Positions 12,418-27,180 of a stretch of 64,000 nt of DNA are shown here, in pieces. Under the pieces are notes generated by a model that made no database searches, was not told the DNA's origin, and saw only the letters and a list, made by a program, of their open reading frames with translations. Every line of letters starts with the position of its first letter. Position 1 is the stretch's first letter. The stretch is from the NCBI RefSeq assembly GCF_006345805.1, contig NC_043009.1:40486001-40550000 (forward strand), written 5' to 3'. The position numbers were made by a program, and so were the translations under genes. Source of the stretch: Octopus sinensis (taxonomy: Eukaryota).

Positions 12418-13703
12418 TACCCTTCTTTCAGATTCACTCGTTTATTGCAATGTTCCTTCAGTTTTTCTATGCTCTATAAAAGAACTTGGAAAGTTGGGCC
12501 TCAAATCAGGACTTTCGCGATACCCTTATAAGTCAGGAACTTTTCAGGACACACTCGTAGTCAATGTATAAAATACACAACTGTCTTCATTTAAAAATTT
12601 AACGAACAGAAAGAAATGAGATCGAACGTGTTGAAAAAATCATCTTTGATTGGGAAATTTTCGTTGATAAATATTCTAAAAATCCAACTTGAATTAATCC
12701 AACGTGTAACCTGTCATGTGTAATTATATAGCTCTGATATTTATGCAATCCATTGAACAAATTAAACAACCTTTAGTCAGTTAACCTATTATATCTAATT
12801 AGCTGACACTTCGCTGGCATTATCCTCCGAAGCTCACAAATCTATAGTTAACCGATTAGATCCGTTTCCACCATATACATATATACGTGTATGCCTGCAT
12901 TCATGTATATATGTGTGTATGTGTGTGCGTGCGTGTGTGTGTTGGGGGCAATTATGTCTGTGTGTGTGTGTGTTTATTTCTGGTTACCTTGGCTTTCACT
13001 AATTTAATTACCGCCTTCGGGTCAGCTGCGGCATAATTCCTTAGAAAAGTCCCTTCTTGTGTAAATATCGTCCCATAGTTAAGGCGGCTTGCTACTTGCA
13101 TATGCCATGAGACATTCAAAAATGTAATAACTTCGACCTCTCGCCCAACATTAACCGAGATGATTCCATTCCGAATAGAACGCTATTTTAGGGTTGTTCA
13201 TTCTGATGAACTGCATTGAAGCACGCCACACACACACATACACACACACGTGCGCACACTCATATACACACATACAATACACAAACAATATACAAACACA
13301 ATTATACACAAACGAACGCGTAGATAGATATAGAAACAATTGTATTATAAATACATTCACATACAAGCTTATGATCACAGCCGCTCTACAAGGGAGTAAT
13401 TCATAAAATCAGTAATGAATACAAATACATACAACATACATGCATACGCAAACACACAAACACACAGATAGACTCACAAACACACACATACATACACACG
13501 CGTACACATATGCATACACACACGAGCGAAGGCGCATGCACGCTTAAGCAAAGACAGAATGACGCAGAGGTACATGTGCGCTGGAATATACGCACAAAAA
13601 TTACATGCACACACACTTGTATAAAGCTGCATACAGAACCTTAGTTTTACACACACACACACACACACACACATACTTCAAACATATTCATGATCAGAAA
13701 TAT

Positions 13704-13855
13704 TGTGTGGTAAGTAGTTTGCTAACCAACCACATGGTTCCGGGTTCAGTCCCACTGCGTGGCATCTTGGGCAAGTGTCTTCTGCTATAGCCCCGGGCCG
13801 ACCAATGCCTTGTGAGTGGATTTGGTAGACGGAAACTGAATAGAAGCCTGTCGTA

Positions 13856-13906
<51 letters not shown>

Positions 13907-14099
13907 TTGTGCGTCTGTCTTTGTTCCCCTAGCATTGCTTGACAACCGATGCTGATGTGTTTACGTCCCCGATAGAATAAGAGACCGATAGAATAAGTAC
14001 TGGGCTTACAAAAAGTCCCGGGGTCGAGCTGCTCGACTAAAGGCGGTGCTCCAGCATGGCCGCAGTCAAATGACTGAAAAGAGAAAAGAAAAAAGAGTA
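13704..14099 (+). mobile_element. SINE family A
   Basis: High identity to other family A copies. Confidence 0.92.
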
Positions 14100-14290
14100 T
14101 GTATATACATGCATACATAAGCTTACGGTAACTCACACATTAATGCACAAGTTAACCAATTAGATCCTTTCCACCACATACATATATACGTGTATATTCA
14201 CACACGCACACATACTCACACACTCACTCACTCACACACTCACACACACACACATCATTTGCACTCTTAAACATAAATACACAGAGAACT

Positions 14291-14718
14291 CGCACAGTGG
14301 CTGTGTGGTAAAAAGCTTGCTCCCCAACCACATGGTTTCGGGTTCAGTCCCACTGCGTGGCACCTTGGGCAAGTGTCTTCAACTATAGCTTTGGGCCGAC
14401 CAAAACCTTGTGAGTGGGTCTGGTTGACGTAAACTGAAAGAAGCCCATCGTATATATGTATATGTGTGAGGGGGATGCGTGTGTGTTTATGTATGTATTT
14501 GTTATTTGTCTCTGCGTTTGTCACTCCACCAGCATTTGACAACCGATGTTGGTGTGTTTACGTCCTCGTCACCTAGCGGTTCGGTAAAAAGAAACCGATA
14601 GAATAAGTACTAGGCTTATAAAGAAAAAGTCCTGGGGTCGATTTGTTCGACTAAAGGTGGTGCTCCAGCATGGCCGCAGTCAAATGACTGAAACAAGTAA
14701 AAGAATAAAAGAATAAAA
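14291..14718 (+). mobile_element. SINE family A
   Basis: High identity to other family A copies. Confidence 0.9.
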
Positions 14719-15390
14719 TACATACATAAACACACACATTCATGCAGATACCCACACAACACACACAAACCTACACGCACGGGCAAACACACGCACGGGC
14801 AAACACACACGCACTCACGAACCTACACGCACGGGCAAACACACGCACACACTCTCAAACACAAACGTACGCACAAACCTTTAGAATGTATTTATCAGAA
14901 ACTCCCAAATATATTGTTGAATTTGTGAATTCGCGGCCATTACGCCATATTGTCTGCTTGTGTTTTCCTTTCATTTTCTCTTGCCTGGTTTGTTTTCGTG
15001 AGAGAGACAGTGTGTTTCTAAGAATAGGTCTGAACAAAGTGCCATTATTATATTATTTTATTTTATTTTATTTTATTGCCATTTATATTCCTTTGAATCC
15101 AATCGCAGTCGTTATTTTCTGCGTGAAATAATCCTTAAACATCAAATAACCCGAACGCTTACATTGGGAGATTCGGTCCATATTAAATATGCATATCAGC
15201 AGTTTTATACATATACGAACGTTCATACATATATATATATATATATACACACACTTACAGACAAACACAAATGCATATATACATACACACATGTATGCAT
15301 GCATATACATATATATACATACACAGACACACACATATACATATACACACACACATATATATATACTCACACACATACATACATATATAC

Positions 15391-15427
<37 letters not shown>

Positions 15428-15480
15428 CGGACAAACACACATATATATGAGAGAGGGACAGACAGACATATATATATATT

Positions 15481-15672
15481 CCTTTACTCTTTTACTTGTT
15501 TCGGTAATTTGACTGTGGCTATGCTGGAGCACCGCCTTTAGTCTAGCAAATCGACCCCAGGAAGCCTAGTACTTATTCTATCGGTCTCTTTTGCCGAACC
15601 GCTATGTTACGGGAACCTAAACACACCAGCATCTGTTGTCAAGCGATGTTGGGAGACAAACACGGAACACAA

Positions 15673-15751
<79 letters not shown>

Positions 15752-15932
15752 TGTGTATCCGTGTTTGTCATTTTTAGTTTCTGTCTACCAAATCCACTCA
15801 CAAGGCTTTGGTCGGCTCAAGGCTATAGTAGAAGACACTTGCCCAAGGTCCAAAAGTGCCACGCAGTGGGACTGAACCCGGAACCAAGTGGTTCGTAAGC
15901 AAGCTACTTACAACACAGCCACTCCTACGCCT
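15481..15932 (-). mobile_element. SINE family A with expanded internal (TA)n
   Basis: High identity to other family A copies. Confidence 0.9.
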
Positions 15933-16038
15933 ATATATATATATATATAATACACGCACGTAAGTATATGAGTATGTATACCTTTATTTTGCATCCATTC
16001 ATACCTATAGTTATATGCATACATTCACACATATATAC

Positions 16039-16069
<31 letters not shown>

Positions 16070-16300
16070 TGTATGTATGTATGTATGTATGTATGCATGT
16101 ATACATGTGCATGTTTGCGGGAATGTGTGGGTTTGTGGGTGTGGGGTGTTGTCAAGCATATATATAGTTATGAGGGCATGTGTTTTTTTTTAATTTCAAT
16201 GTGCGTCAGTGCGTATTTGTGGAAGTGTGTGTAGTGTATACAAATATAAATCTATGTGCCTACGCGTATGAGTGTATGTGTGTGTGTGTATGTGTGTGTG

Positions 16301-16367
<67 letters not shown>

Positions 16368-16504
16368 ATTTACGTTTAGATATGTAGGTTTGTCTGAATC
16401 CATTTACGTAGAGGGAGTGGGTGGGGGTAATGGTTGTGATTAACATATATTGCGAAATAGAATCTATGCATTGTCTCCATGTAGAAACGTACACATGTAG
16501 AGAT

Positions 16505-16701
16505 ATGATGGTTGTGCTGACGATGATGATGACGACAATGACGACGACGACGACGATGACGAACTTGATGAAGGCAGTGGTGTTTTTGAAGGCAGTAATG
16601 GTTACGATGACGACGACGACACCAACGGCGATGTTCAAGAAGGTGATGATGGTGATGATGATGATGATGATGATGATGACGACGATGACGGTGACGATGA
16701 C

Positions 16702-16739
<38 letters not shown>

Positions 16740-17040
16740 CGATGACGATGATGACGATGATGATGATGGTGATGACGATGGTGATGATGATGATGATGTT
16801 GATGATGGTGGTGGTGGTGGTGATGATGATGATGATGATGATGATGATAACTCTGTTGATAACGACGACGATGATGATGATAACAACGACGACGACGATG
16901 ATGATGATGATGACGATGATGATGATGATGACGATGATGATGATGATGATGATAATGATGATAATGATGATAACAATGATTGTGAAGGTGAGGATGATGA
17001 ATAATGATTGTAATGATGGTGATAATGATAATGTTGATGG
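16505..17040. repeat. (GAT/GAC/GGT)n trinucleotide array
   Basis: Visible; source of the poly-M, poly-D and poly-S ORFs. Confidence 0.92.
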
Positions 17041-17296
17041 AATTGGGTGTACGGTTGAGGGTGGCGTTCGTGGTGATAGCAGTAGTCGTAGTGAAAATGA
17101 CTATGATTTTTTTTATTATATAAGCTTAAATATCTGAATATGTGTACAATATGTGTGTGTATGCATGTATTTATGTGTGTGTATATCTCTCTATATATAC
17201 ACACACGCACATATGCATGTATGCAGTATACAAATGTATATATATATTTTTACAAATACACACACACACACACATTTATATATATAATTGTATATG

Positions 17297-17329
<33 letters not shown>

Positions 17330-17471
17330 ATGCGTGTGTGTGTGCGTGTACACACATATATGCATGCATGCAGTATACATTTACTTATATATATTTTTAC
17401 ATATACACATACATATATATGTATATATACATATATATATGTATATATAATATATATAGATATACACACAC

Positions 17472-17504
<33 letters not shown>

Positions 17505-17584
17505 TATATATATATACATATATACATATATATACATATATACATACAATGGTGCCTTGTGTACCACTACTCTATATTTATAAA

Positions 17585-17616
<32 letters not shown>

Positions 17617-17628
17617 AGTATGTATGTA

Positions 17629-17729
<101 letters not shown>

Positions 17730-18530
17730 GTTCATGCCCGTATACCTGCGAGAGTGCGTATTTATGTATGTATTTACGTGTGCATGTATACAATAATAAG
17801 CAATTCTAGATTTCAATTAATTCTGATTCGCCGTTGTTTAATAAGAAATCTGATAGAAAGAAAAAAAGACAAAAGCATAAACCGAAAGAAAAAAAAATTA
17901 TATATAATAGAAAAAGAAAGAAAAGAGAAGAAAAGAAAAGAAAAGAAAAAGGAAAAACAAATCATGTTAGTTGGAGATCTATTGCAGTGTGTTCTCGAGT
18001 TATAAAGACTGCAATAAAATATATCGGTTTTTGGCCTTTATTAAAAGTCTGTGAGTAACGAAGTCCGCCATAGCTTGTCTGAAACCATACTTTTATCAGA
18101 CAGAACCACATTTAGCAAAACAGTTATTTTGATTAGGTAGAAATTATTTGGCTGCAGGGAAGTGACTTTAGAATTAACTATTGTTGCTAGAGAACTTAGA
18201 AAATGGTAAAGATCACTACAAGGTCTTGTCTTATTTTTAGATTGTTATTAACTTCACAGTTAGAGTGATGTTGTGTCTACTTCCTCTTCACTTCGAATTA
18301 GCTGTGTATGCGTGTGTACAGATCTGTTGTACGGATGTGTGTGTATAGGTGTGTGTATACGTAAGGAACTGTGTATGTGTATGTGTTTGTGTGCATATGT
18401 ATGTGTGTGTCTCTGTGTACGTGTATAAGGTGTATGTGTGTATGTATGCATACATGTATGTATGGTATGTATGTAGGAATGTATGTACACACACGAATCT
18501 ATATATATATATACATACACGCACACACAC

Positions 18531-18567
<37 letters not shown>

Positions 18568-18796
18568 CTCATATATGTTTGTATCTATGTGTGTGTTTAT
18601 TATATACATACATATATATACATATATATATATACACATATATATATAAGCTCATATATGTTTGTATCTATATGTGTGTGTTTATTATATGCATACATAC
18701 ATATATATACATATATATATATATACACACACACATACATATATATACATATATATATATACATATATATATACATACATACATACATACATACAT

Positions 18797-18856
<60 letters not shown>

Positions 18857-19679
18857 TATATTCTCATTATAATAATAATATAAATCGTGTTTCTTGTTCA
18901 GAAGAAATTGTGTGTGCATCAGTATGCACGCGCGCGGCGCATCTGCATGTATGTATGTGCGCGCACGCACATTCAGTTAACTATATATCTATATTGAGTT
19001 TTTTTTGTGCAATAATTATTTACAATTTGTTAATCTACGAAGTTGTGTTTTCAATTCCAGTGGGAAAGAAAGTGCTAACGGTTGCTGTTTTCTCTTTATA
19101 TCACAATCTCATCTTTTCCTTCTCAGTTTCTGAAGGAATAAATACAGAGTTTTGTCTTCGTGTGTATGTAGACAATTATGTATGTGTCTGCGTGTATGTG
19201 TGTCTGTATCTGTATATGTATACGCACACACACAGAGACATATATATGTGTATGTGTGTCTGTATATACACATATATATATATGTATATATATATGTGCA
19301 TATGTGTGTCTGTGTGTCTGTATGTGAATGTATGTGTGTATATATGTATATATATATATGTGTGTGTGTATATATTTATATATATGATGTATAAAATTTG
19401 CATCTACGTGCTGATAATGACATATACATCCACACGCATATATATACATATATATATATTAAATATTAGTGTATGTATATATATTATATGATACACATAT
19501 GCCTGTATATATATATATATATACATATATACTTTTTTGTATTTAGTAGTGGTGATGGTGGTGGTGGTGGTGGTGGTGGTGGTGGTGTTGAAGGCGGTTG
19601 TATTGCAGCGAAAAACATTTGTAGCATTACTTGGCATGATCAAAGCACAGAACGCGCGCGCGCACTCTCTCTTTCTCTG

Positions 19680-19710
<31 letters not shown>

Positions 19711-20099
19711 TACATACACGCACACACACACATTTCGTATTTAAACAAACGCAGCAAGAATTATACCAATTATGATTTGATTGCGACTTTAATGACTTTC
19801 GCAAAGTGATTAACATCACAAGAGGTGGAGACTATCAAAAGTCAGATTTACAAATTTAGTTTACCAAAAAAAAGTCTGAGGAAGCCTGTAGGTGGTTGCT
19901 CAAATTTCTAAAAATAACAACTAAATTTCACTTATATCACACACTACAATCCTCATACATGAAGTGATACATTGGAATAATGTGGTTCGAGATGCTCAGT
20001 ATAAGAACAATAAATGAGGTGGTCATGTTTGGAAAGCTTTTGATCGTAGATCTAAATGATACTAGCTTTTTTATAGAGTGACAGAAATAATTCTTGTTT

Positions 20100-20640
20100 T
20101 GGGGAGCAAGACCAGAAAAATTTTAGTAAGAAAAGATGTATTCCATTACATCGGCGCCAGTACTTGCCTGGTACTTTATTTCATCGACCTAGACGTGATT
20201 TGAACCCCGAATCTAAAGAACCAGAAGTCCCGCTGTGCATTTTGTTTGACTCTGCCAGCTTACTGCTTTAATGGTCATTTCTACTATTAAAAAAGGATCT
20301 GAAATTTTAAGGGAGTGGCTAGTTAATTACATTGGCCCCTATTGCTTGACCACTACTTATTTCATGGACCCTGAAGAGATGTAAGGCAAAGTCGAATTTG
20401 AACAGAATTTGAACAAAGAATGTAGATGCATGAAATTCTTCTAGACATTCCAAAAGTTCGCTTTATGGTGATAGTAATAATTAAAGTTTCTAAAGTTATC
20501 ACTTGCTCAGAATTTGGCAGGAAGAGTACATTTGATTAGAGATATTCCGGTATATGACTGCTACTTTTATTTTATCGACCCTAGAAGACATAAAGGCTAA
20601 GTTGAACACAATGGGATTCGAACACGAAAACGTTAAGAGA
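20100..20640 (-). mobile_element. Cluster of about 3 highly diverged SINE family B fragments
   Basis: Repeated tacttattttatcgacc...aaggcaaagtcga...tttgaac motifs. Confidence 0.55.
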
Positions 20641-20994
20641 AATAACGAAATATGAATAACCTTTTGTTTACTTTGCCGCAAGGGCGACGGATGAGGATAA
20701 ATTAGAGGGAAAATATAGACCAGTGAGCTTTACACTGATGAATCATGCGTGTTATGAAGACAAATCGGTGAAAATATTCACGCTCGAATTTGCTAGAATA
20801 TATTGAGGAGGAGTGGATACATTATTTCTACCAAAAATAAATATGATATGAAATATCTCAGAAAGGGCGCTATCTTGATCCAGTCAAGGAACCTCACAGA
20901 CCCTGGAGTAATCTGCGTAATCATACGCCAGTAGCGCCTCTTCAGGTGTTTGTTTTTACCCATATTTCTCTAACTATTTTATTATACCGTATAA

Positions 20995-21198
20995 AAGGGC
21001 AGAGGATTATCGAAACCGTTAGTACGTCGGACAAAATGCGATGAAGTATTTAGTTGCGGCTCTTTGCGTTCCGATTTCAAATACTGCTGAGGTCAGCTTT
21101 GCCTTTCATGCTAAAATATCGGTCATGCAGTGGGGTAGTGGTATCGACTAAATCTCAGTCCTCCAATCTGCAGTCCTTGTGCTTGAATTAGAAACCCA
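20995..21198 (+). mobile_element. SINE family B, diverged
   Basis: ttcaaatactgctgaggtcagctttgcctttcat...ccttgtgcttgaattagaaa. Confidence 0.6.
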
Positions 21199-21289
21199 TT
21201 ATACTGTTAATAAGAAAACTGTTTGGCTGAGAAGTCCTGTTGCGTTCCAAGATGGGAAAGAGACGAATGATTCATTGATCTAAATTGAT

Positions 21290-21620
21290 TAATTTAATCA
21301 AGACATTTTCCTTTTCTATTCATAAAATAATCGCATTGGCAAATTGTTGATCCCTCGGGCGTAAAATTCTTTAGATTTCAAAACAAAGAAACACTCGCTG
21401 TAGTTTCTAACCTCTTCACATTGAAGAAACAATTCATAAGCAATTGTTGCAATGATCTGATAGTTAGATGAAATAAAGTCAGGAGAGTGAGGAGGGTGAC
21501 ATAAATCTTTGTATTTAGTACCATAATCTTTTCCTAAGTGAGTTGAGCGAAATGTGGTCTTGCATTATCGTGGAAGAGCAACATTCTTTCAGGATTGACC
21601 AACGATGTACAAATATATCT
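21290..21620 (-). pseudogene. Mariner transposase C-terminal remnant
   Basis: Minus-strand HDNARPH (21552-21572), HPPHSPD (21478-21498; cf. HPPYSPDLAP) and EFYARGINNLP (cf. FY..GI..L..RW), with stops and frameshifts. Confidence 0.85.
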
Positions 21621-22489
21621 TGCCGCTTCCATTGCTAAAGAGCTCTTTTTGAATTCATACAGCATGCAGTTTCTGATATGGGTCTGGCCTAAACTCATTT
21701 TGAAAGGGTAAATATTAATACATATTTAACCATTTAATATGGTAAGAAGAGAAATAACATTAGAATGTAAAAATTAATTCTTATTTTACCTTAATTACTG
21801 AAAACGTGCCTTCCAAGTGATCATGGCAAAACAGCGACAAGACTTTCTTTCCAATCAAATACTTTCGAGATTTTTGTATTTCGAATATCAGATTCGGAAT
21901 CCTGAAGTAAATAAATAAATAAATAAATAAATTCAATTTTTTTCTCTTTTCTTTTTATTTTGGAACTGAAACACTTTTCATCTAAAAATAAACATTATTA
22001 ACGAATCTCAATCTAGTACTTTATCGATGTATTTATATATTAATTACAATGAGATGAAGAACACGACAATTTTGTAATGTAATGGCCGTATTAGTTTTCG
22101 AAATAATGGAAGTATTTTGTAATTCATTAATGAAAGCTTTCGTATTGTAATCTTTCACTTTCTGAAAACTTAAAAGGCTGTCGTTTCAATTTATTCAGGA
22201 TTGAAATGTAATTTCCGAATGCAATCAAAACATATATCTGTACATCTCAAATGCAAAGAAATATATCTATATACAAAAAGCATATCTTATATTCGTAAAT
22301 GCACACATGGAAAATATAGAAGGCAGTTTTGAAATATCCTAACTTTAATCACTATCTGTTTTTCTTTCTTTTGTAATATTTTGTTTGTTTTGTTTTTGTT
22401 TTCTTTACTAATTATTGCAGATTATGATCTCTGATGTTTAAAACATAAAAATTCGAAAGCCGATCGTGTATTTAAAAGCATAATAGTAA

Positions 22490-23620
22490 AATTCAGAGCG
22501 GCGGGAGGTTAAAATATCGACTCTTAAACGTATATGCACCAGACAAATGCCTTCCCGCAGATATGGTATCCGGTCTATAGGCATAGCTGAAAGTAAGCTC
22601 ACTTATCTGGTCACACGTATGAAAGACCCATACTTCCGTTGTTTGTGTCGCTCGTTTGAGCGCATAAAAGGTGTAGTTTAAGTGGGAACAATCATAAATC
22701 TCTGGTTTCCTGGATGGTTGTATAATTTGTTGTTGATACACGTTATGAAGATTTGTCAGTACGTAAGAAATATACCTTAATCATATTTAGCCACCTAAGG
22801 TGAAGAAGACGGAGAGTTAATAGGGGAAAAAATCGACAATATATTCAGGGAAAATCTAGACGTCAATGAAAATCAACCGATCGGTGTCTCACTGAGAATT
22901 TTCAGCTCTGGAATTATAGACAAATTGTAAAAATACGTGGTCGAGCAGTGAAACTAGACTCTAATAGTATGGCAGTGCCGTCAACTGATGCTGTTTGACA
23001 AACGCGCAGAACCTTGAAACCAATGCCATAATTGCTGCTATACAGAAGCATGCCGAACAGCTGTTATCCCGTGAAATACGATTCTGGGTGTTAGCGGAGT
23101 CTATGATGAAAATAGCAAAGCCGCATTTCTTTGATCGGTAAGGGTGGATTAGCATTTATCTGTCAATCAGATGGCTTTGGCAAGAAGTGATAGTATGACA
23201 AATGAGATTGAACTGACTAAAGAGAGGCACTTCTCTCTTCAACGAAGCCCACATCAACTCTTTAAAATAATACTGGAGGAGAAAAAGGTGAAGATAGAGA
23301 GGGAAGTACATTTCTCCAAGAACTTTGTTGAAAGAGCGTGATGTAACGTGTATAGCCTAGTCTTAACATATGGCAGTAAACTGGAAATTACAGGTAACAG
23401 AACACATTTTTTCTTTTGGTACTAAGGTTAATCTAAGATGTGCCGAAGTCCTTGGTCTACCTAGGTCGATGTCATTCTCATGGGACTAGTTTTATATTAT
23501 AAAGGTTGCTTTTTCTTTTTTTTTTTTTTTCATTAGACTTTATTTTATTCTTCGGCGCGTCTATGTAACATCTATCACTGCTTCTTTGAATTTGCCCTCG
23601 TAATGTCCGTCCGACCTTGT
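22490..23620 (+). pseudogene. Degenerate, internally deleted Tx1/L1-like LINE
   Basis: APE-like LLNVYAP at ~22521-22541; KVKIEREV and SKNFVER at ~23285-23336 align with KVRVERQV and SECFKKRW of the 31.6-kb copy; T-rich 3' UTR follows. Confidence 0.5.
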
Positions 23621-23640
23621 ATTTAAAGTATTAATATTTA

Positions 23641-23678
23641 TTTCAAATTTTGGTACAATTTCAGTAGAGAGGGTGAGT
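23641..23678 (-). mobile_element. Orphan 3' tail of SINE family B (left inversion breakpoint)
   Basis: tttcaaattttggtacaa..tttcagtagagagggtgagt matches the tails at 26866-26912 and 61610-61670. Confidence 0.65.
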
Positions 23679-24164
23679 AACAAAATGTGTAAGACCGCCA
23701 TCTTGCATAGAAATCAAAATCTTCAATATTCTCCCAAGTACTGATCACTGTCCAGATTTTATCTTGCAGCATGGTGAGGTACCTTTCAGCATTCTTGGTA
23801 TTGCAAAGGATAAAAGGACTCACGATCCTGTCCGAAGTTATTCCACACAATAGAGTTACCTTGTACCAATTCTGCATTTTTTCAGAGGTAATACGAGGAT
23901 CTTCTCCTGCCCAGTAGTGGCAATTGTGACAGTTCACAAACCCACCGATGTGCAATACTGCTTCATTACTCCAAAGGATATTTTCTAAGAGATCAAACTA
24001 CGTTTGTAGTGCTTCTAAATTTCAAATAGTTAATCGATCTGAAAAAAAAACAACAACGTAGAATCAATGCCTATACATTAAAGAACAACAAATTTGAGGA
24101 AAAAAATTATAGTTAATACATAAATTATAAGTATCTTAAAATAGGGAGTTACATTTCAATCACG

Positions 24165-24168
<4 letters not shown>
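23679..24168 (-). pseudogene. Tc1/mariner-superfamily transposon, 5' half (TIR plus N-terminal part of the catalytic domain)
   Basis: ILWSNEA..HIGGFVNCHNCHYW..EDP..KVT.LCGI...NAERYLTML..MQDGG..HF; TIR at 24107-24163. Confidence 0.85.
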
Positions 24169-24202
<34 letters not shown>

Positions 24203-24204
<2 letters not shown>

Positions 24205-24358
24205 TTCAAATTCCGCCGAGGTCGACTTTGCCTTTTATCCTTTCGGGGTCGATAAATTAAGTACCAGTTACGCACTGGGGTCGATGTAATCGACTTAATC
24301 CCTTTGTCTGTCCTTGTTTGACCCCTGTGTTTAGCCCTCTGTGGGTAGTAAAGAAATA
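24203..24358 (+). mobile_element. SINE family B, 5'-truncated, inside (TA)n
   Basis: Near-consensus body and tail; (TA)n on both sides. Confidence 0.9.
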
Positions 24359-24380
24359 TATATATATATATATATACATA

Positions 24381-24471
<91 letters not shown>

Positions 24472-24621
24472 AAGGTTAGGAGAGAATGAGGCTAGTGTGC
24501 TCTGTTAAATGTCTTAAGTATATTCATGATCGACTTCCTCCTAGTTTATTGAGGGAGAAGTTAGGCATAAGAGGAATTAAATGCTGCGTACAAGAGAGAA
24601 GATTGCGCTGATGCACATATA

Positions 24622-24653
<32 letters not shown>

Positions 24654-25601
24654 GTATTCTCTTTCTTAAAACTGGTGCGTATTTTAAATTGCATGTAAAT
24701 TAGTATATTTGTAAATTACATGTATTAGTATATACTTACTATGTATATTATGCATATGTGTATACATATACCTTTATATATCCATATACATATGGATATA
24801 TATATATATGTATACATACACATGTATACATACACATGTATACATACATATATATATGTAAATATACATACATGCATATATATATATACTCACACCAGCA
24901 CACATACCTGTATGTATAGGTATCTATCTGTCTGTCTGTCTATCTCTCTCATTATCTATCTATCTATCTATTTGTCTATCTATCTATCTCTATATATATA
25001 AACACACATATGTATATATGTATATATGTATGCATAGAGGTGCACAAATGTGAGTGTGTGTCTGTTTATACATACGTGTACATGTAAACTTGAATAAGTT
25101 CTGGGACACGCATCAGGATATTTTCGACGAATCATATAATTATACAGCAAAGAAAGTAAATATTTCTATCTCTATGTTAAACCAACAGCTAAATGACTCT
25201 ATTATACATTTACAAAACACACTTAAATTTCACAAACTTCTCTTGAGATTGATGATTCACTGTTTCTGTCTAGAAAAAGCCAATTTTTTTCAATTTTTTT
25301 TTCACAATTCTGCATTGAGTTAAGACCGTAGTTTTTTTTTTGTTTCATTTCTTTTTTATGTTTTATGTCTTTTAAAAAAATTATTTGTTTAGTGTTTGTA
25401 TTCCGTGTACTGATACCTTCTTTACAGTTATAATCAAGGAGAGTCGTAGTTATAATAACGACACAAATATGTTAAGCTTTCGTGTTTGCTTGTCGCTTAT
25501 GATGGTTTTTATAGCGTAGAATTCACCTTTAACGGGAAAGATAAGTACTACTTGTCTACCATTGAACCTGACCTGAAAACACAATAGCCTTATCCTCTTA
25601 A

Positions 25602-25639
<38 letters not shown>

Positions 25640-26160
25640 AAATTCACACCAACACGGAAATACACACACAAATACACGCACACATCATACACAGTCAAAC
25701 ACAATTGTATATTCAGCCGTGTATATACACATATACAATATTTACATGTAGAGAAATTTTAAAAGGAAAATAATTTGGAATATAATATATGCAGGTGACA
25801 CGTAACATTTTATTTATTTATTTATTTATGGCTAAAATTGCTTCCTACAGAGTAAGATGGTCTGTCAAATAAGAAATACGCACACAGAGGCGTCATTTCT
25901 CAATCGTATACCGAGATACACATATGTGTGTATGAACGTATACGTGCAAACCTGTACATGCATATACGCACACACGTAGACACACATACACTTATATATG
26001 TACGTATATATGTATGTATATATAAATATGTATATACGTATATATATATATACACACACACACACACATATATATATATACATATGTATATAAAGATACG
26101 CAGTTGTGTACATATATATATATATATGCATGTATATATCTATGCATGCGTAAGTATAAA

Positions 26161-26198
<38 letters not shown>

Positions 26199-26199
<1 letters not shown>

Positions 26200-26409
26200 T
26201 CTTTACTCTTTTACTCTTTTACTTGTTTCAGTTATTTGACTGCGGCCATGCTGGAGCACCGCCTTTAGTCGAGCAACTCGACCCCGGGACTTATTCTTTG
26301 TAAGCCCAGTACTTATTCTATCGGTCTCTTGCCGAACCGCTAAGTGACGGCGACGTAAACACACCAACATCGGTTGTCAAGCAATGCTAGGGGGACAAAC
26401 ACAGACACA

Positions 26410-26451
<42 letters not shown>

Positions 26452-26622
26452 CATATATACGACGGGTTTCTTTCAGTTTCCGTCTACCAAATCCACTCAG
26501 AAGGCTTTGGTCGGCCCGAGGCTATAGTAGAAGACACTTGCCCAAGATGCCATGCAGTGGGACTGAACCCGGAACCATGTGGTTGGTAAGCAAGTTACTT
26601 ACCACACAGCCACTCCTGCGCC
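26199..26622 (-). mobile_element. SINE family A, full length
   Basis: High identity to other family A copies. Confidence 0.92.
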
Positions 26623-26629
26623 TATATAC

Positions 26630-27080
26630 TATCTACTATAGGCACAAGGATGAATTATTGGGGTCGAGGGCTAGTCGATTACATTGGCCTCGGTGTTCCA
26701 CTGGTATCTATTTTATCAATCCTGAAATCATGACAGGCATAAGTCGACCTCCGCAAAATTTGAACTTAGAACGTAAAGCCGGAAGAAAATGCCACTAAGT
26801 AGTTTGTCCGGTATGTTAACGATTTTGCCAGACCGGTCTTTTAATTGTTTACAATAATATTGGTTTCAAATCTTGACACAATGTCAGTAATTTCGTGGTA
26901 GGTGGTAAGTCGATTACGTAAACCCTAGTACTCAGCTGGTACTATTTTATACAGCTGGTACTATTTTATAAGGCAAAGTCAGCTTCAGACGAATTTGAAC
27001 TCAGTACGTAAAGATAGTCGAAATGCCACTATGCATTTCGACCGGCGTGCTAAAGATTCTGTCAGCTCTCTAGCTTCGCC
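26630..27080 (-). mobile_element. Two diverged SINE family B copies in tandem
   Basis: Family B tail/body/head motifs at 26630-26835 and 26860-27080. Confidence 0.7.
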
Positions 27081-27094
27081 TTAGTCTGAACATT

Positions 27095-27180
27095 TTAAAT
27101 CCGCGGTCGACATTGGCTTACATCATTTCGGGGTCGATAAAATAAGTGATAGTTGAGCACTGGGGTCGATATAATCGACT
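27095..27180 (+). mobile_element. SINE family B body lacking its tail (right inversion breakpoint)
   Basis: catcatttcggggtcgataaaataag...ctggggtcgatataatcgact, ending abruptly. Confidence 0.75.

Noticed and set aside
16421-17210. Poly-Met and poly-Ser ORFs
   Set aside because: (GAT)n trinucleotide array; no complex coding sequence or convincing splice context.
18349-19491. 380-aa ORF and the many other YI/CV/HT/LSIY-rich ORFs
   Set aside because: Translations of (TA)n, (CA)n, (TATG)n and (GATA)n tracts that lack stops by composition; no domain content.
20732-20772. CTGATGA...GAAGAC hammerhead-like motif
   Set aside because: GAAA box broken and helices weak; indistinguishable from chance.
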